Source: Octopus sinensis (taxonomy: Eukaryota). Taken from it: a DNA stretch of 64,000 nucleotides. The stretch is taken from positions 26,040,001 to 26,104,000 of the forward strand of contig NC_043002.1 in assembly GCF_006345805.1 (NCBI RefSeq), in the 5' to 3' direction. Position 1 is the first letter of the stretch. Each line of letters begins with the position of its first letter. A model generated the notes under the pieces. It searched no databases. It was not told the origin of the DNA and was given only the letters and a program-made list of their open reading frames with translations. This document shows, one piece after another, positions 52,301 to 64,000 of this stretch. The translations under genes were made by a program, and so were the position numbers.

Positions 52301-53688
52301 TGGCCTTCATCTGTAAAGAACTGGCAGTCACCATGTCTATATGTATGCAATCATGCAGAAGTTGTTTCTATATTGAGGGATATATTATGTAATACGTTCT
52401 TCTTTTTGCTAGTACTGTATGTTGTATTTCATGGCATTTTGGCTGCTATTTCTAGATGATCTCTAGCCATCTTGACTTGCTTTCATTTCATTAATTCGTG
52501 TAGCCCTTTATTTTACTGCTTTCCTTGTGCATTGAAGAAAATGCGTAAACTGTTAAACTAAATAAAAGCTTTATTATACTGAGGTTATCTGCGTCAAAAT
52601 CAAATTGATAAATATCGTATATTCTATCGCAATGTGTTAAGTTAATAAAATAGCGCAATAATAAACGAGTGGTAACATATTTGATAATATCTACATCTAT
52701 TCAAATAGGAAAATGTTCCAAAAAGCAGCGAAACACAATCTTACGATAAATCTCTATTAATATTTTGAAATATAGAACTAATTTTTATTCGAACTGTGAA
52801 AAGCGATCCGACAGATTAAGATGTTTTCTATAGCGTAAAATCCAATTAACTGTTTATTTATTCGCAAATTTTTATGGCCAATAACAGAACCATAACATGA
52901 TACTATCTATTCATGTATTTGTTACAATAAGTGATTTAAATTAGTAGATTGTAAATTATTTCTATGTACATTCAACAAATAGTATTTTCCCTCAATACCT
53001 ATATTTTATGTACATTCTTGGAGCCATTTGATATATTTCCTTGTCTTTTCAAAGTAACTAAGTATTATATTTCAATATCTATAGATCAATATAAGAGAGT
53101 AGTTTAAAATACATTTACTCATACTAAAACACAAACACATTAATATGCCCATGTACTAAACAAACCACACTAATACATACATACATACATGCATGCATAC
53201 ATACATGCACGCATACACACATGCATGCATGCATACATACATACATACATACATAAGCTAAAAATGCTTGCAACATTGACTGGAACAACAGTTTCTGGAC
53301 CTGTGAAAAGTACACGACATCTCACCTTGAAGTCTTCCTTTATTATATAAGAAAAATAGATAGAACAGGAGATAGCTACTAAACACCTGAGAAGCAAAAG
53401 AGATAAAAATACCTCTAAAGGTTCGCTTTGAGATAGAAATGTCGATTGTGCTAGCGTTCAAAATCGCTGAAACACGCTACTTTTCCATGAAACATAATAT
53501 TATTGCATTGAGGGCCTACAACACTATACACAAGAAGTATTGAACTGATGAGCTTATCAAAGTCACCCCAAAACAAGAAGTATCCACAACTTTAAAAATA
53601 AAGAAAGATGGTGGAGCATTAAAAAACCCCAGAAATCTGATGTAAACACAAGTCGCATGGGAGAAGGAGAAAAAAGCTATGCACTTTT

Positions 53689-53725
53689 ATACACATCACA
53701 TCTGCCTGGCAGATGTGATGTGTAT
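53689..53725. repeat. Perfect palindrome, 18-bp arms, 1-nt centre
   Basis: ATACACATCACATCTGCC-T-GGCAGATGTGATGTGTAT. Confidence 0.97.
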
Positions 53726-55269
53726 TCAAACAGGGGAAAAGAAAATTGATAAAAAACCGACAACCCTTATATCCATTTTCATTTGCTTCTATCATCACGT
53801 ATTTTTCTGTCAACTATTTTTTGTCAACAATCTCTCTATCTTTTCTCTATTTGCGTATCTTCCCATCTCAAAGATTTCATATCTTTCCTCTCTATCTATC
53901 AGTATAACTCTATCATTCTACGGCTTTCTATATTTCTATCTAGCTATCTACCCTTTCTCATTTCTTTTTGCTTAACTTTCTGCCGCTTTCCCTATCTATC
54001 GTTGCCACTTCATAATTTATATCATTTCCCCTATTCAGGTACATTCCTTTCACTCCTTTTATTTTTGTATCGCTGTTTCTTTCTACACTCCGTTCTTCAT
54101 ATCAATTTGTCTTTAATGTTCTTTCCATTTCACTTTTTTCAATTCTTCCATTCCTACTCTCTTTTATCGGTTTTATCTCTTACGATCCCCATCTCTATCT
54201 CACTATCTGTGTTTCTCCCAATCCAGTAGTATCCTTTTCCTTCTCTTCTTTCCCCAAATTACACTAAGTAACCTTTCTGTATTTTAAGCTACAAACCCTT
54301 TCTGCATTAACCGTTCTCATAGGCAGTTACTTGTTTCCAGCCTTCGATTTGTATAAGATTTTAAATTTAGTTCTAGTTTTTTTCCATCATCTTTCCTATT
54401 AGCGTTACATTGCACAACACGTCTTGCCTTACTTTCAGCCATTGTTGAAAGTCATTCTATGTTTACGAATATCTCTCTGTGTCGTAATTACATATTTTCC
54501 TTACTGTACTTGCTCACTTGTTTTCTTTTTCCACTTATATACATTTTCCCGTTCTCCTCAGAACACGAACATTTACCGTACCGTTTAGATACCTCATCTT
54601 TTCTCGCTTTTCTGTTCGTATTCGTCTATCACGTTCGCTCATTTATACCCCAGCAGATACAGCTGAATTGAGCAATATTATCGGAAGGCATCGAAGTTGT
54701 GGTAATATTCAGTCGATAACTGATGAGGGCTGAACATGTGAGCGTCTATTGTGCATAAGTTTTCTTGTTTTTCAGTATGCTCCTCTGTCGTCACCCCGTG
54801 CCGCATTTTTTATTATTCTCTCCCCCCCTCTCTCTCTCTACACACACCATATCTTATATGGTATATAAGGCACAATTTTTTGTTACTAAAAGTTGATCTT
54901 ATAACCAGTCTTAAGCATTATATTGATAGGGATTTGCAATAAATTTTCCCTTCAAATTACGAGTACAAGTTTTGCTTACAAGCGCATTATACACATAAAA
55001 TACATTATATTTTATATTGATTGTGACTGCCACATCTTTTCAGATGATAGCCGTCTCACAGTAGTGAAATAGTTGTACGTCATTGGATTTAAGTGATAAA
55101 AACTTGTGGCACTTTTGTCACTCTATCGGTCATCATGGTATAAGCTCCAGTGACAAGCATTGCAAGATGACAGGTACAGTTTTGACTGCAACTTTTATGT
55201 CAGCGTGCATTTTTCCTAGAAGAGTTGCCTTTCCATGGTTTTGTGAAAACTAACACGAGTCTCGTCTAC

Positions 55270-55415
55270 TTCTGGAAATACTATTTAACTCTTAGATCGA
55301 CCCCTGACAAAATGGATCTGAGTATAATGGTAATTAAGGGGTGACTCCACGTTCCCAACAACTCTAGGTCTCCCAAACTGGAGCCTCAACACTTGCTGCA
55401 GTTTAATGTCGTCAT
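55270..55415 (+). mobile_element. Degenerate short interspersed repeat fragment
   Basis: TGAGTATAATGGTAATTAAGGGGTGACTCCAC...AACTGGAGCCTCA...GCAGTTTAATGTC resembles a common octopus repeat (recognition only). Confidence 0.45.
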
Positions 55416-55770
55416 GTCATCATATGTGTGGCTCTTTTGCTATTGACTATCAGAATGTCGAATACCCTTTCCCCATCAACTCTCCCAAAGTGTCTAAATT
55501 TACAAAGCTGTTCAATGGATTATTCTCGGCAATGCATTAATCTAGAAATTGACCGGTTGGAACTAGTTAGCCAAAAGTCTTTTTCGTAACACATTATATA
55601 AATAAAGTAATGTAAACAGTTTAAAGTAATAACTATTAGATTCCTTCTATTTCTACTTTCATTTATGATGTATAGAAATCAATAATTACCCATTTAAATT
55701 TTAAATTCAGAATAAATAAGTTTTGTGGATGTTAAATAAAATATTTAAATTTACATGAAAATTAATCGTT

Positions 55771-55910
55771 GCTGCGTGCAATATTATATATTTAATTCTA
55801 GCTTGGCTCACCTTTACGAATCCCAGTTGATATTCCGTATACTGTTTCAATGAGACTAATTTAATTTTTATCAGATTGTGAATGATCCTATGTTCCCATG
55901 TTCTACAAAT
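55771..55910 (+). repeat. Copy 2 of the ~140-bp direct repeat, flanked by ~70-bp direct repeats (55693-55766, 55916-56011)
   Basis: Both flanks carry TTTAAATTCAGAATAAATAAGTTTT and GGATGTTAAATAAAATATTTAAATTTACATGAAAATTAAT. Confidence 0.9.
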
Positions 55911-57572
55911 TAAACTTTAAATTCAGAATAAATAAGTTTTCAGAATAAAATTCACAATAAATAAGTTATACGGATGTTAAATAAAATATTTAAATTTACA
56001 TGAAAATTAATTCCAAACCTTCTTTTAGTTTCAAGTCTTGTTTTAGTAATTTTAGTGAATTCTGCAGCACTTAATGAGACACTAATTTCACGAAATCTTA
56101 TTGTATCTGCAATACAGAAACGAATAGAAATAAATGTTAAAAACTAAAAGAAAAATGATTGCTAACATATGGTTAGCTAATACAATAGAAAATACATTTT
56201 ATAAAATCGAAATTTATCAAAAATATTTGTAACAATAATCATATAGATCGTATAACATATAATTGATGCTGCAGGCATGGCTCTATAGCTAAGCATTTCA
56301 TAAGCACATTGTTCTTTGTTAGGGTCATACGCGCATCATTATGAGCATGTTTCTTCTACCACAGCTTCTACCGAAGTAGATTACAAATGATACTCTTATC
56401 AAGAAAAACACCATTGCACCCTTCCTGAACATGACCAGTCTTCAACTAAATCGCTCTAACAATCACTCCAAATTTTGAACCTCGCTATTTTCTCCTGGTT
56501 AAAACGTATCCATAACGTAACTGGGACCGCATCTTAAAGAGTGTTCATTCTCTTTAGGCCTAAAATTTAGTTCAGTCGCCTGTAGTTTTTGATACCCTAC
56601 AAAGCTTAGCTGTAGGCTACAATATTTGGGATAGCGCGGCTGCTGGATGTCCTACAGACATCAAGAAAATATACACCTAGCTGATTTGCATAAATCGCAG
56701 CCCTGCAGTTTGCTGTATCTTTTATTCGATTTTTCCGCTGTTACTATAACGTCTACGGCCGTAGTGTGAAAGAAATCATAAGAGAGAAACAACTACACTA
56801 AGAACGCAGTTGATCTAAACATTGGATGGATCTTCAGTTGAAATATCAGCAGTTCATATCCTATCTTCTGTAATGTGTTGTATCTGAGCCTTGACATTTG
56901 ACCATTGAAATAACCTAATCGTTTTAGTTGTAAATAGGTGGCAATTGAGACAATCTTTGAAGAAGATAACACTTGAAATTGTGAAATGAGCCTTAGGTTT
57001 TGTGAGCGTCGATGCTCCACAAGAGCTACCAGAATTAGTCTTTCTTTGTCTGTGCAATCTTAATACTATATATAAATTGCTTTCACGTTTTATACTGAAG
57101 TAAATTAGGAGTTTGTATGATATAAAATTTTTAACTACGTAGGAGTGAGAATACCTGCCTTCTCTTGTAGTTAAACATGTGCAAATAGGTAAGCCATATT
57201 AGGTTATTTATTTAAAAGCATACGGAGTAATTTTCTTTGGAATCAGTATAATACATTACATAAAACAACAACAAACAGGTGATAAAATTAAAATGGAGAT
57301 AAAGACATGAGGGTGCTATGTAAAAATGGGGGTTGATATAAAAAGAATGTCTTTAGTTACTAGTGTATTCTCCCAGGTTTCTCTTGGGTTATAAACAAAA
57401 TTTATAACCTCTAATACAAACACTAAAAAACAAATTTGTGGTATTGAGCAGATTATTTGTTATAACGATATTTCTGCTTCAGCAACTCAGCACTGAATTT
57501 GTCTAAACTCTAATGGAAATTAGGTCGGTTTCAAAAGATTTATATCCAAATCATAAAAGCAAAGTTTAAAGC

Positions 57573-57635
<63 letters not shown>

Positions 57636-58235
57636 TATATATATAAAATTTTGCACACGGTGTAATTATATAGAGAACGTAAAAGGTCTATAGTTACAAA
57701 TTTGTAAGATTGTCTCAAAGGAGTTTAAGTTGTAGGGTTTATATTAAACTCTAACAAATGTATATTTAATACAATAGAGTCCTCATTCCTCGGTCACATG
57801 TTTAGAGAATGCACGCAAGACCTAAGAAAACTATGGTCTGCACCTGAATTTCATAGTCATGGAAATTACAAAGGAATATGATTTCATTGAGATAATTGTC
57901 TACTTTTGAAAACTGAATAAAAGTTTGGAGGAAAGTTAAGTACTTCTGTTTGAAGCAAAACAATATGTATTTTCCATTGTTAGTTGAATGTCTTGAAACT
58001 GTTAAGAAAATGAAAAATACTGTTGAAGCAACTTCGTTATCTGTTCCAACACCTGGTTTACATTTCAATGCGTTAATTGTGTAATGGAAAAAAGTTTTTG
58101 CTGAAATTGTGGCACCTCACTCAAGTAAAAAAATATCGATTTTTGAATTCCCAGCTGAATGCCTTGAAGCAAAAAACTAAAATCCCGCTTGGCAGCGGTT
58201 TCGTTATTGGTTCCAACACCTGGTTCTCTACTTAC

Positions 58236-58276
58236 TTTTGAAACAGACGCCTCTATATACTCAATAGGTTCCGCTT
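58236..58276 (-). other. Candidate 41-nt micro-exon (EAEPIEYIEASVSK), unverified
   Basis: Acceptor TTCATTTTTTATAG| and donor AAA|GTAAGT; only one frame is open. No recognisable homology. Confidence 0.25.
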
Positions 58277-60447
58277 CTATAAAAAATGAATAGCAATTCA
58301 CACACACGTTGAATAATACTGAAAGAAAATAAGCAAGTTGTAAAGTCGGAAGTGCTTGCAGTAGTCAAATATGTTAATATGCTGCGTTCTAGCATAAACT
58401 GTGTCGGAGAGGCTTTCAGACATCTCGTATGAAATACACTATCGCTACGAAAGAGATATGAGTATATACATATAACTTAAATAGAATTCCAGTAATGCTA
58501 ATTATACTGAATTGATGTCAAATGATAGATATAAGGAAGAAAAATTCATAATGACTTGAGTCAGCAGCTTAACATAGAAACTGCTTATATGAAAGACTTA
58601 TTTGTAATAACCAAATATGAAAACACATTACAGATAAAATAAGATTGTATGGAACTTCTCTTTATCAAAATTGCAAGCAATCAACGCGTACAATTAACAA
58701 AACTTTAGCAGCGACTTTCAGTTGATATTGTTCGACTAAAACCAATGATTAAAATAGGTAACCCTTGCATACTGACAAAACGTGGTACCTTTCTGCATTT
58801 ACCTTCAGAAAATCAAGAATTTTAGGTATTATTCAGTGTTTCTCTTCATTATTAGATTTCTTAAGTACTCCAAGCTTTCTAAATATTTATCGCAGTACTC
58901 AATTTGAAAGCACAGAAATTTTGGAATTCTTTTGATAGAATATCCTTAAATGTATATAGAATCCTTACTACCTCTCAACAAACACACAGAATGAACATTT
59001 CAATTGAGTAATATTGAAAACTATTCCCTTACATTTAAAACAAGCAAAAAAGTATAATAATATAACAGTGGGATGAAGACCTCCGTCGTGATTTATAGAG
59101 CGTTACATCATTACTTTGTAGGAGGTCTAGGAGGCTTTAACATGCAACCACCCCTTAGCATATTGTTTGGAGCTACACGTTGTTCAACGCTGGAAAGGCA
59201 AATTGATTTTTCACTGAGTCCATCGACATCAACAACACTATTTCTTGATTAAGTTTATTCCTGGAAAATTAGCATACATAAAAACACATAATCAAATCTC
59301 AAGAAAACGTTGCTCAAGAAAATGATTGAAGTAATATGTTCCCACTACATCTTAATTCAATGTTCAACCGGTAGGCTTGACATTCTCATTAAGCTATTCA
59401 TTTCTAATTCCTGAGTTCAGGTCACAAGATAACTCTGATGGAAACTGATAAACTTTGGTCATGCCGTCGTTCTTTTCGCGCAAATGCAATTACGTTATCA
59501 TCCTTGCTCTATGATGCAAATGCATATGAAAACAATGATGATAACTTAATTTTCCAAACAGTAAACGATGAGGACATATCAAGTCCTCATTCTAAATTAC
59601 GTAAAGCAATTAAAACAGTCCAAAAAGTTCAAGAAAAATACGCGCCTATTTTGTTATATCTCAATGTTATGCAATTAATTCTTCTTGTTATATTTTGTGG
59701 GGGTTAATAATTAGGTTTAAGTTTTATTTACGAATTATGACTTTTTGACATTACAAATATTTTTCATCTGTCGGACAGGGAATATAGCATCAAATATTTA
59801 ATATAACTATTATATGTTGCTACGTACTAACATTGCAATAACTTGAAATCACACGAAGTTTTGTGTGAGTTTCATGGACGTGTGCGCTAAACTGAAGAGA
59901 ACAATATAGTGGGCACGAATTTCCTTCAGTCGCTAGAGATTCAGTTGTTCGTTTACCTGTCCTTGAATTAACGTGAGAATAGCTGAGTATAATAGACACA
60001 GGTACTTTCAACGCGCAGTTCACACAGAATCAGTACCATTCACCGCATGACAAGGCTCTATCTTTTAATTTACTTGTAAAGTCCAGCTGATGATCTTCTA
60101 TACAATCACAAAATGTGGATTGATATGGGGCTATAGAAAATATTCGTCCAAGATACCATGCAGTGGGATCGAACTCAGAAACATATACTTTCAAAACGTA
60201 TCTTGTAACCATTTGGCCAGGCTGTGCCTGCTCCATTTATTATAAAACTTTGTTAAAATTTACTTTGTCGGCAATTTCTGGAATGGGAAAAGACATTTGA
60301 GTATGGGATATTTGAAATAACGAATCACAACATTTTAGATCAAAACATTAATTCAATAGAATATTCTCTGCTTCCATTCAGGTCTTTTCACTTTCAAGAA
60401 AGCCTGACAATGCCGTTAGCGGTTTATCATATTGAGTGTGAGCTTAC

Positions 60448-60608
60448 CTCTCCAGGCTGGTCAACTGTAGGTTGAATGGAGAACACAAAGAACTGGGACA
60501 GTTACCGTTCATTTCTCTAATTGCCCTGGATGGAAATTTATTGGCTGCGAGTGGATGGAAGACAACGTAATCTCCGCAGCATTTGAATTCGCGTAACCCA
60601 AACGAATA
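60448..60608 (-). other. Candidate 161-nt exon (YSFGLREFKCCGDY...LTSLE), unverified
   Basis: Acceptor TGCTATTGCAG| and donor GAG|GTAAGC; one frame fully open; less AT-rich than flanks. No recognisable homology. Confidence 0.25.
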
Positions 60609-61447
60609 CTGCAATAGCATTTTATTCGACGCTGTTAACTTGCTGTCTTATGTAAAGTTACAAGGAATTTGTAAAAATTAAAGATTCACTACTTTTCGTA
60701 GCACATGTGCACCGTTGCACATATTATTTATACCTGGTACTCAAAGGTTGCCTGATTCGTGTTTTATGTAGATATTCGACCTGCTCAAAATGAGTTGCAG
60801 TGCCCTCAATCTATATTATCGTCATAAGCAGAACATTTTAAATATTTTAGTCAGGGTATTCACGGTTTTGAGGCATTTCATTATAAGTTTGTGTAATCAG
60901 GTCTAACCTGGAACTATTAGACATTAAAGAAAACAATTGTTTCGAGCTGACAATCTCATGGTATATCAAACATGCGAAATAACAGCCAAATTGTTTCTTC
61001 AAACATATCTGTTGGCATAAAAGTAAGCAAGGACACGTCTGATTATAATACGAAGCACACTGTATTTAGAAATATAAAGACACTTTGACTAAGTGGAACG
61101 TCTGATTGTAGGTCTGTCGAGCCAGAACTCAGTCGTGGTTTTTAAGCATTAACAGCAAACAACATTGGATATTACCAATGAAGGAACCTCTATATAGTGA
61201 AATGAATTGCTAGAAATAGCAGTCAAATTTCTTTAAATCAAGCGTCATGAAAAGGACACATTAATAATGTATTCCTGTTACAGTATACATCGAAGAAGAA
61301 AAGTAAACAAAACGCTGGAACCTCGCATCTGGAAGGATTTCATCATAGGTCTACTCAATGAAGGCCAGCTTTCGGCTAAACAACAACAGTACTCCCGGCT
61401 GCAGTATCATTTAATGTATCCTTATAACTTTAGAACACATTTCTGAA

Positions 61448-61516
<69 letters not shown>

Positions 61517-62104
61517 ACACACACATGTATATATCCATGGCATCTCTATATGCATTTTATATACCTACATATTTTTATTTCTCGATTTATATACTTTTCT
61601 TTACATGAACTATTTTCTGCTTCTATAATTTTTTAGCTGTTTTAAGTTTTTCATTTTATGCTTTATGTAGTTACAGCATGTTTCTATAATTTTATATAAT
61701 CCCATATATTCACTTTTGCTCTCTTTCCGCATTTTATGCACACATAAAACACAAAAATACGCGTGCGTGTTACCCGATTTCTCTCTCTCTGTCTTTCTCT
61801 CTGTATATGTGTATATATATAATTTCTATAATTTTCTATAATTTTTTCTATATTTCTTTTTTTACAATTTTACTCATAACCGTTATACTTCTAACGTATG
61901 TAGCGTTAAAATTTTCGGAATATATCAAGAAATATATCTTTGGTAAACAACTATGACTAGGTTACTACTGTCGGCAAAGAACTACTATTAAGGCTTTGAT
62001 CTTTAAGTGCTGCAAAATCCTTTTATAGATTTTTAAAATTTGTTTTGAAGTATTAGTTTTGCATATGAATTTCTAACTTAGGAGCATGATCATAAAAGTT
62101 TTGT

Positions 62105-62290
62105 AGGGGAGGTGTGCAGTCAACTATATCGACTACCGAACATGATTAGTAGTTAGATTATCGTCCCTAGAAGGATAAAAGATGAAAGGCAAAGTTGTAC
62201 TTTCCAGGACTCGAAATCAAAACGTATAGAGACACAAATTAATTCTAAAAGGGATTCGTTTCAACGCTTTACTGATTCTACCGCCCTTCA
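62105..62290 (-). mobile_element. Degenerate SINE (family of 2620-2750)
   Basis: GGATAAAAGATGAAAGGCAAAGTTG...GGACTCGAAATC is the reverse complement of the SINE core and B box. Confidence 0.55.
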
Positions 62291-63094
62291 GTCTCAGAAT
62301 TTTGGTTTCTTTTCTTAGAATTGGCACAAGGCAACTGATTATATTTTGATGTGTGTTATGTTTTATGGAAGTCGATTGAATTGATCTCTGTAACATATTT
62401 CTACTCGTATCATTCTACGCTCTACTGATTATGACAACCCACTGGCTTCTTTAAGTCTTACCATATAAATGAATTTATAATATCTAGGTTAAGTTTAGGT
62501 AAAACCATTTCTCACATTTATCACAATACAAACTGAAAACAACATGCTTTGATCTAAGATATCGGTGTCGATAAGAATACAGTTGAATCAAAATAAAATT
62601 CCTAATATACTTTAAAGTGTTATATTTTTGAACTATCATATGTTGGAGTGTTATTGTGGCTAGAGAATATATCAAAGAATCACTTTTCGGAAAATAGCCA
62701 TGCTGAGGTTGGTGCAGCCGCTAAAGAAATATTACAAATTCTTTGATCTTGAAGTGTTTCAAAAACCTTGCATATTTTTTGTTTTAAATAATCGGATTAT
62801 TATATAGATATCGATTAACAATAGCCAATTAAATTACTGATGTGTTGATGTCTTTATTCTGCATCTCTTTGGCTTATAGCTACCGTCATGAAAAGGATAG
62901 TTTCCAATCTTAAGTTTCTTTGGCTTTGATTAACCGCATAATGGAATTCAACAAGAGACGTATGCTTAAGTAGATTACTTCGAAATGGTTTGATCCTACT
63001 CTTTGGGAAGGAGTTTTGTGCTATAGCCTCGGGTTGACCAATAATTCTTCGTAAATAAAAGTTGGTTGGCGGAAACTCTACAGAAGCACACCAC

Positions 63095-63163
<69 letters not shown>

Positions 63164-63261
63164 ATATGTATATATGTATGTATGTATATCTGTGTGTGTG
63201 TGTGTGTTTGTGTATGTATAAATAATATATATGAAATATATCGAACCGTTAAACTATACAC

Positions 63262-63365
63262 ATCTCTTTTCTCTCTCTCTTTCTTTTCCTCTCAATCCTT
63301 TATGTCGAAGAGCGTTGGCTCAAAACGTCAAAGACATCTTTTGTTTTCTGTGAATTTCAACAATG
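63262..63365 (+). mobile_element. Degenerate PLE-terminus-like unit with hammerhead-like motif
   Basis: CCTTT ATGTCGA AGAGC GTTG GCTC AAAA CGTC AAAGA. Confidence 0.55.
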
Positions 63366-63559
63366 AGAGTGAGTTAAGGGAAGCAGTAAATATGTAGGAG
63401 AGAGATAGAGAGATAGATAGATAGAGAGAGAGTTATGAGACGTGATATTGTCTGCAATTCTGTCAATTATCACTCCTCACACTACAACTCTCACTAAGAG
63501 AAAGAGGTCGTAAGCCTGAGGAATAATAGGAGAGTCATTGAATAGTGAGAGAGAGGTAA

Positions 63560-63761
63560 TACGTTTTGTCGGATTCTACCAGACTGGAACGAGACCGGTT
63601 AATTTTCGTGAATCCCTTACAGATGTTGACACTCTTCCGGTACCGACCGTTCCTCATGCTAAGTTTGGTCGAAATCGGTCCAGTGGCTGCAGAGGAGTTT
63701 GGTAACAAAAATTTTGACAGACACACACACGTAAACGTAAATAGCACAATTATACTACAGA
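63560..63761 (-). mobile_element. 5' portion of non-autonomous Helitron-like element
   Basis: Minus strand A|TCTGTAGTATAA...GTGTGTCTGTC...AACTCCTC...GGACCGATTTCGACCAAACTT; same layout as the 5' part of 18399-18908. Confidence 0.55.
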
Positions 63762-63856
63762 TATACTTTTTTGACTAATTCATACTAATTTTAATACATA
63801 GTACATTTTGCTTGTTAAATTTTAAATTTAAGCATATAAATACATCTTATATACAC

Positions 63857-64000
63857 ATAGGTGAAAGAGTAGCTGTGTGGTAAGAAGCTAGCTTCACAAC
63901 TACATGGTTCAGGGTTCAGTCCCATTGCGTGTAAACTTGGGCAAGTGTCTTCTACAATAGCCTCGAGACAACCAAACCCTTGTGAGTGGATTTGGCAGAC
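63857..64000 (+). mobile_element. 5' part of SINE (family of 45684-46103), cut by window end
   Basis: GCTGTGTGGTAAGAAGCT...GGGTTCAGTCCCA...CCTTGTGAGTGGATTTGG. Confidence 0.9.

Noticed and set aside
54705-54755. CTGATGAGGGC as hammerhead
   Set aside because: No recognisable GAAA or stem II partner; at best a heavily decayed PLE terminus.
56793-57057. Overlapping minus-strand ORFs of 67-90 codons
   Set aside because: No homology recognised and no good donor; this length is compatible with chance.
59438-59707. 89-aa ORF as hAT transposase fragment
   Set aside because: Only weak resemblance (ANAITLSSLLY; KLRKAIK); not enough to call without an HMM search.
60470-60608. Tetraspanin-like FKCCG (frame 0) or Calx-beta-like FHPGQLEK*TVTVPVL (frame 1) assignment
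   Set aside because: Only short motif resemblance; spacing and other conserved residues do not fit, and frame 1 has a stop.

Overview
AT-rich eukaryotic DNA dominated by microsatellites and transposon relics. The SINE families and the (TA)n/(TAGA)n/(CA)n landscape look like Octopus/cephalopod genomic DNA (my recognition, not a database result). No host protein-coding gene can be identified with confidence, and most ORF-track entries are microsatellite artefacts. Recognisable elements: a near-complete but disrupted CR1-group LINE ORF2 (32.4-35.6 kb), four Tc1/mariner relics (mariner, two maT-like, one rosa-like), two Penelope-like (PLE) relics with GIY-YIG motifs, Helitron relics and many tRNA-derived SINEs. 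The most interesting signal is a set of hammerhead-ribozyme (HHR) motifs in PLE/retrozyme-like units. A ~690-bp, ~99% perfect palindrome at 31.0-31.7 kb carries two mirrored, extended type I HHRs with a compensatory U3-A8 core variant, inside a 358-bp terminally redundant unit. A second foldback at 40.3-40.5 kb carries a canonical minimal HHR. A multi-copy, (TA)n-abutting unit carries an HHR-like motif with an apparent A6-to-U change. The three inverted structures all share the same polarity, with the HHR-sense strand diverging from the centre.
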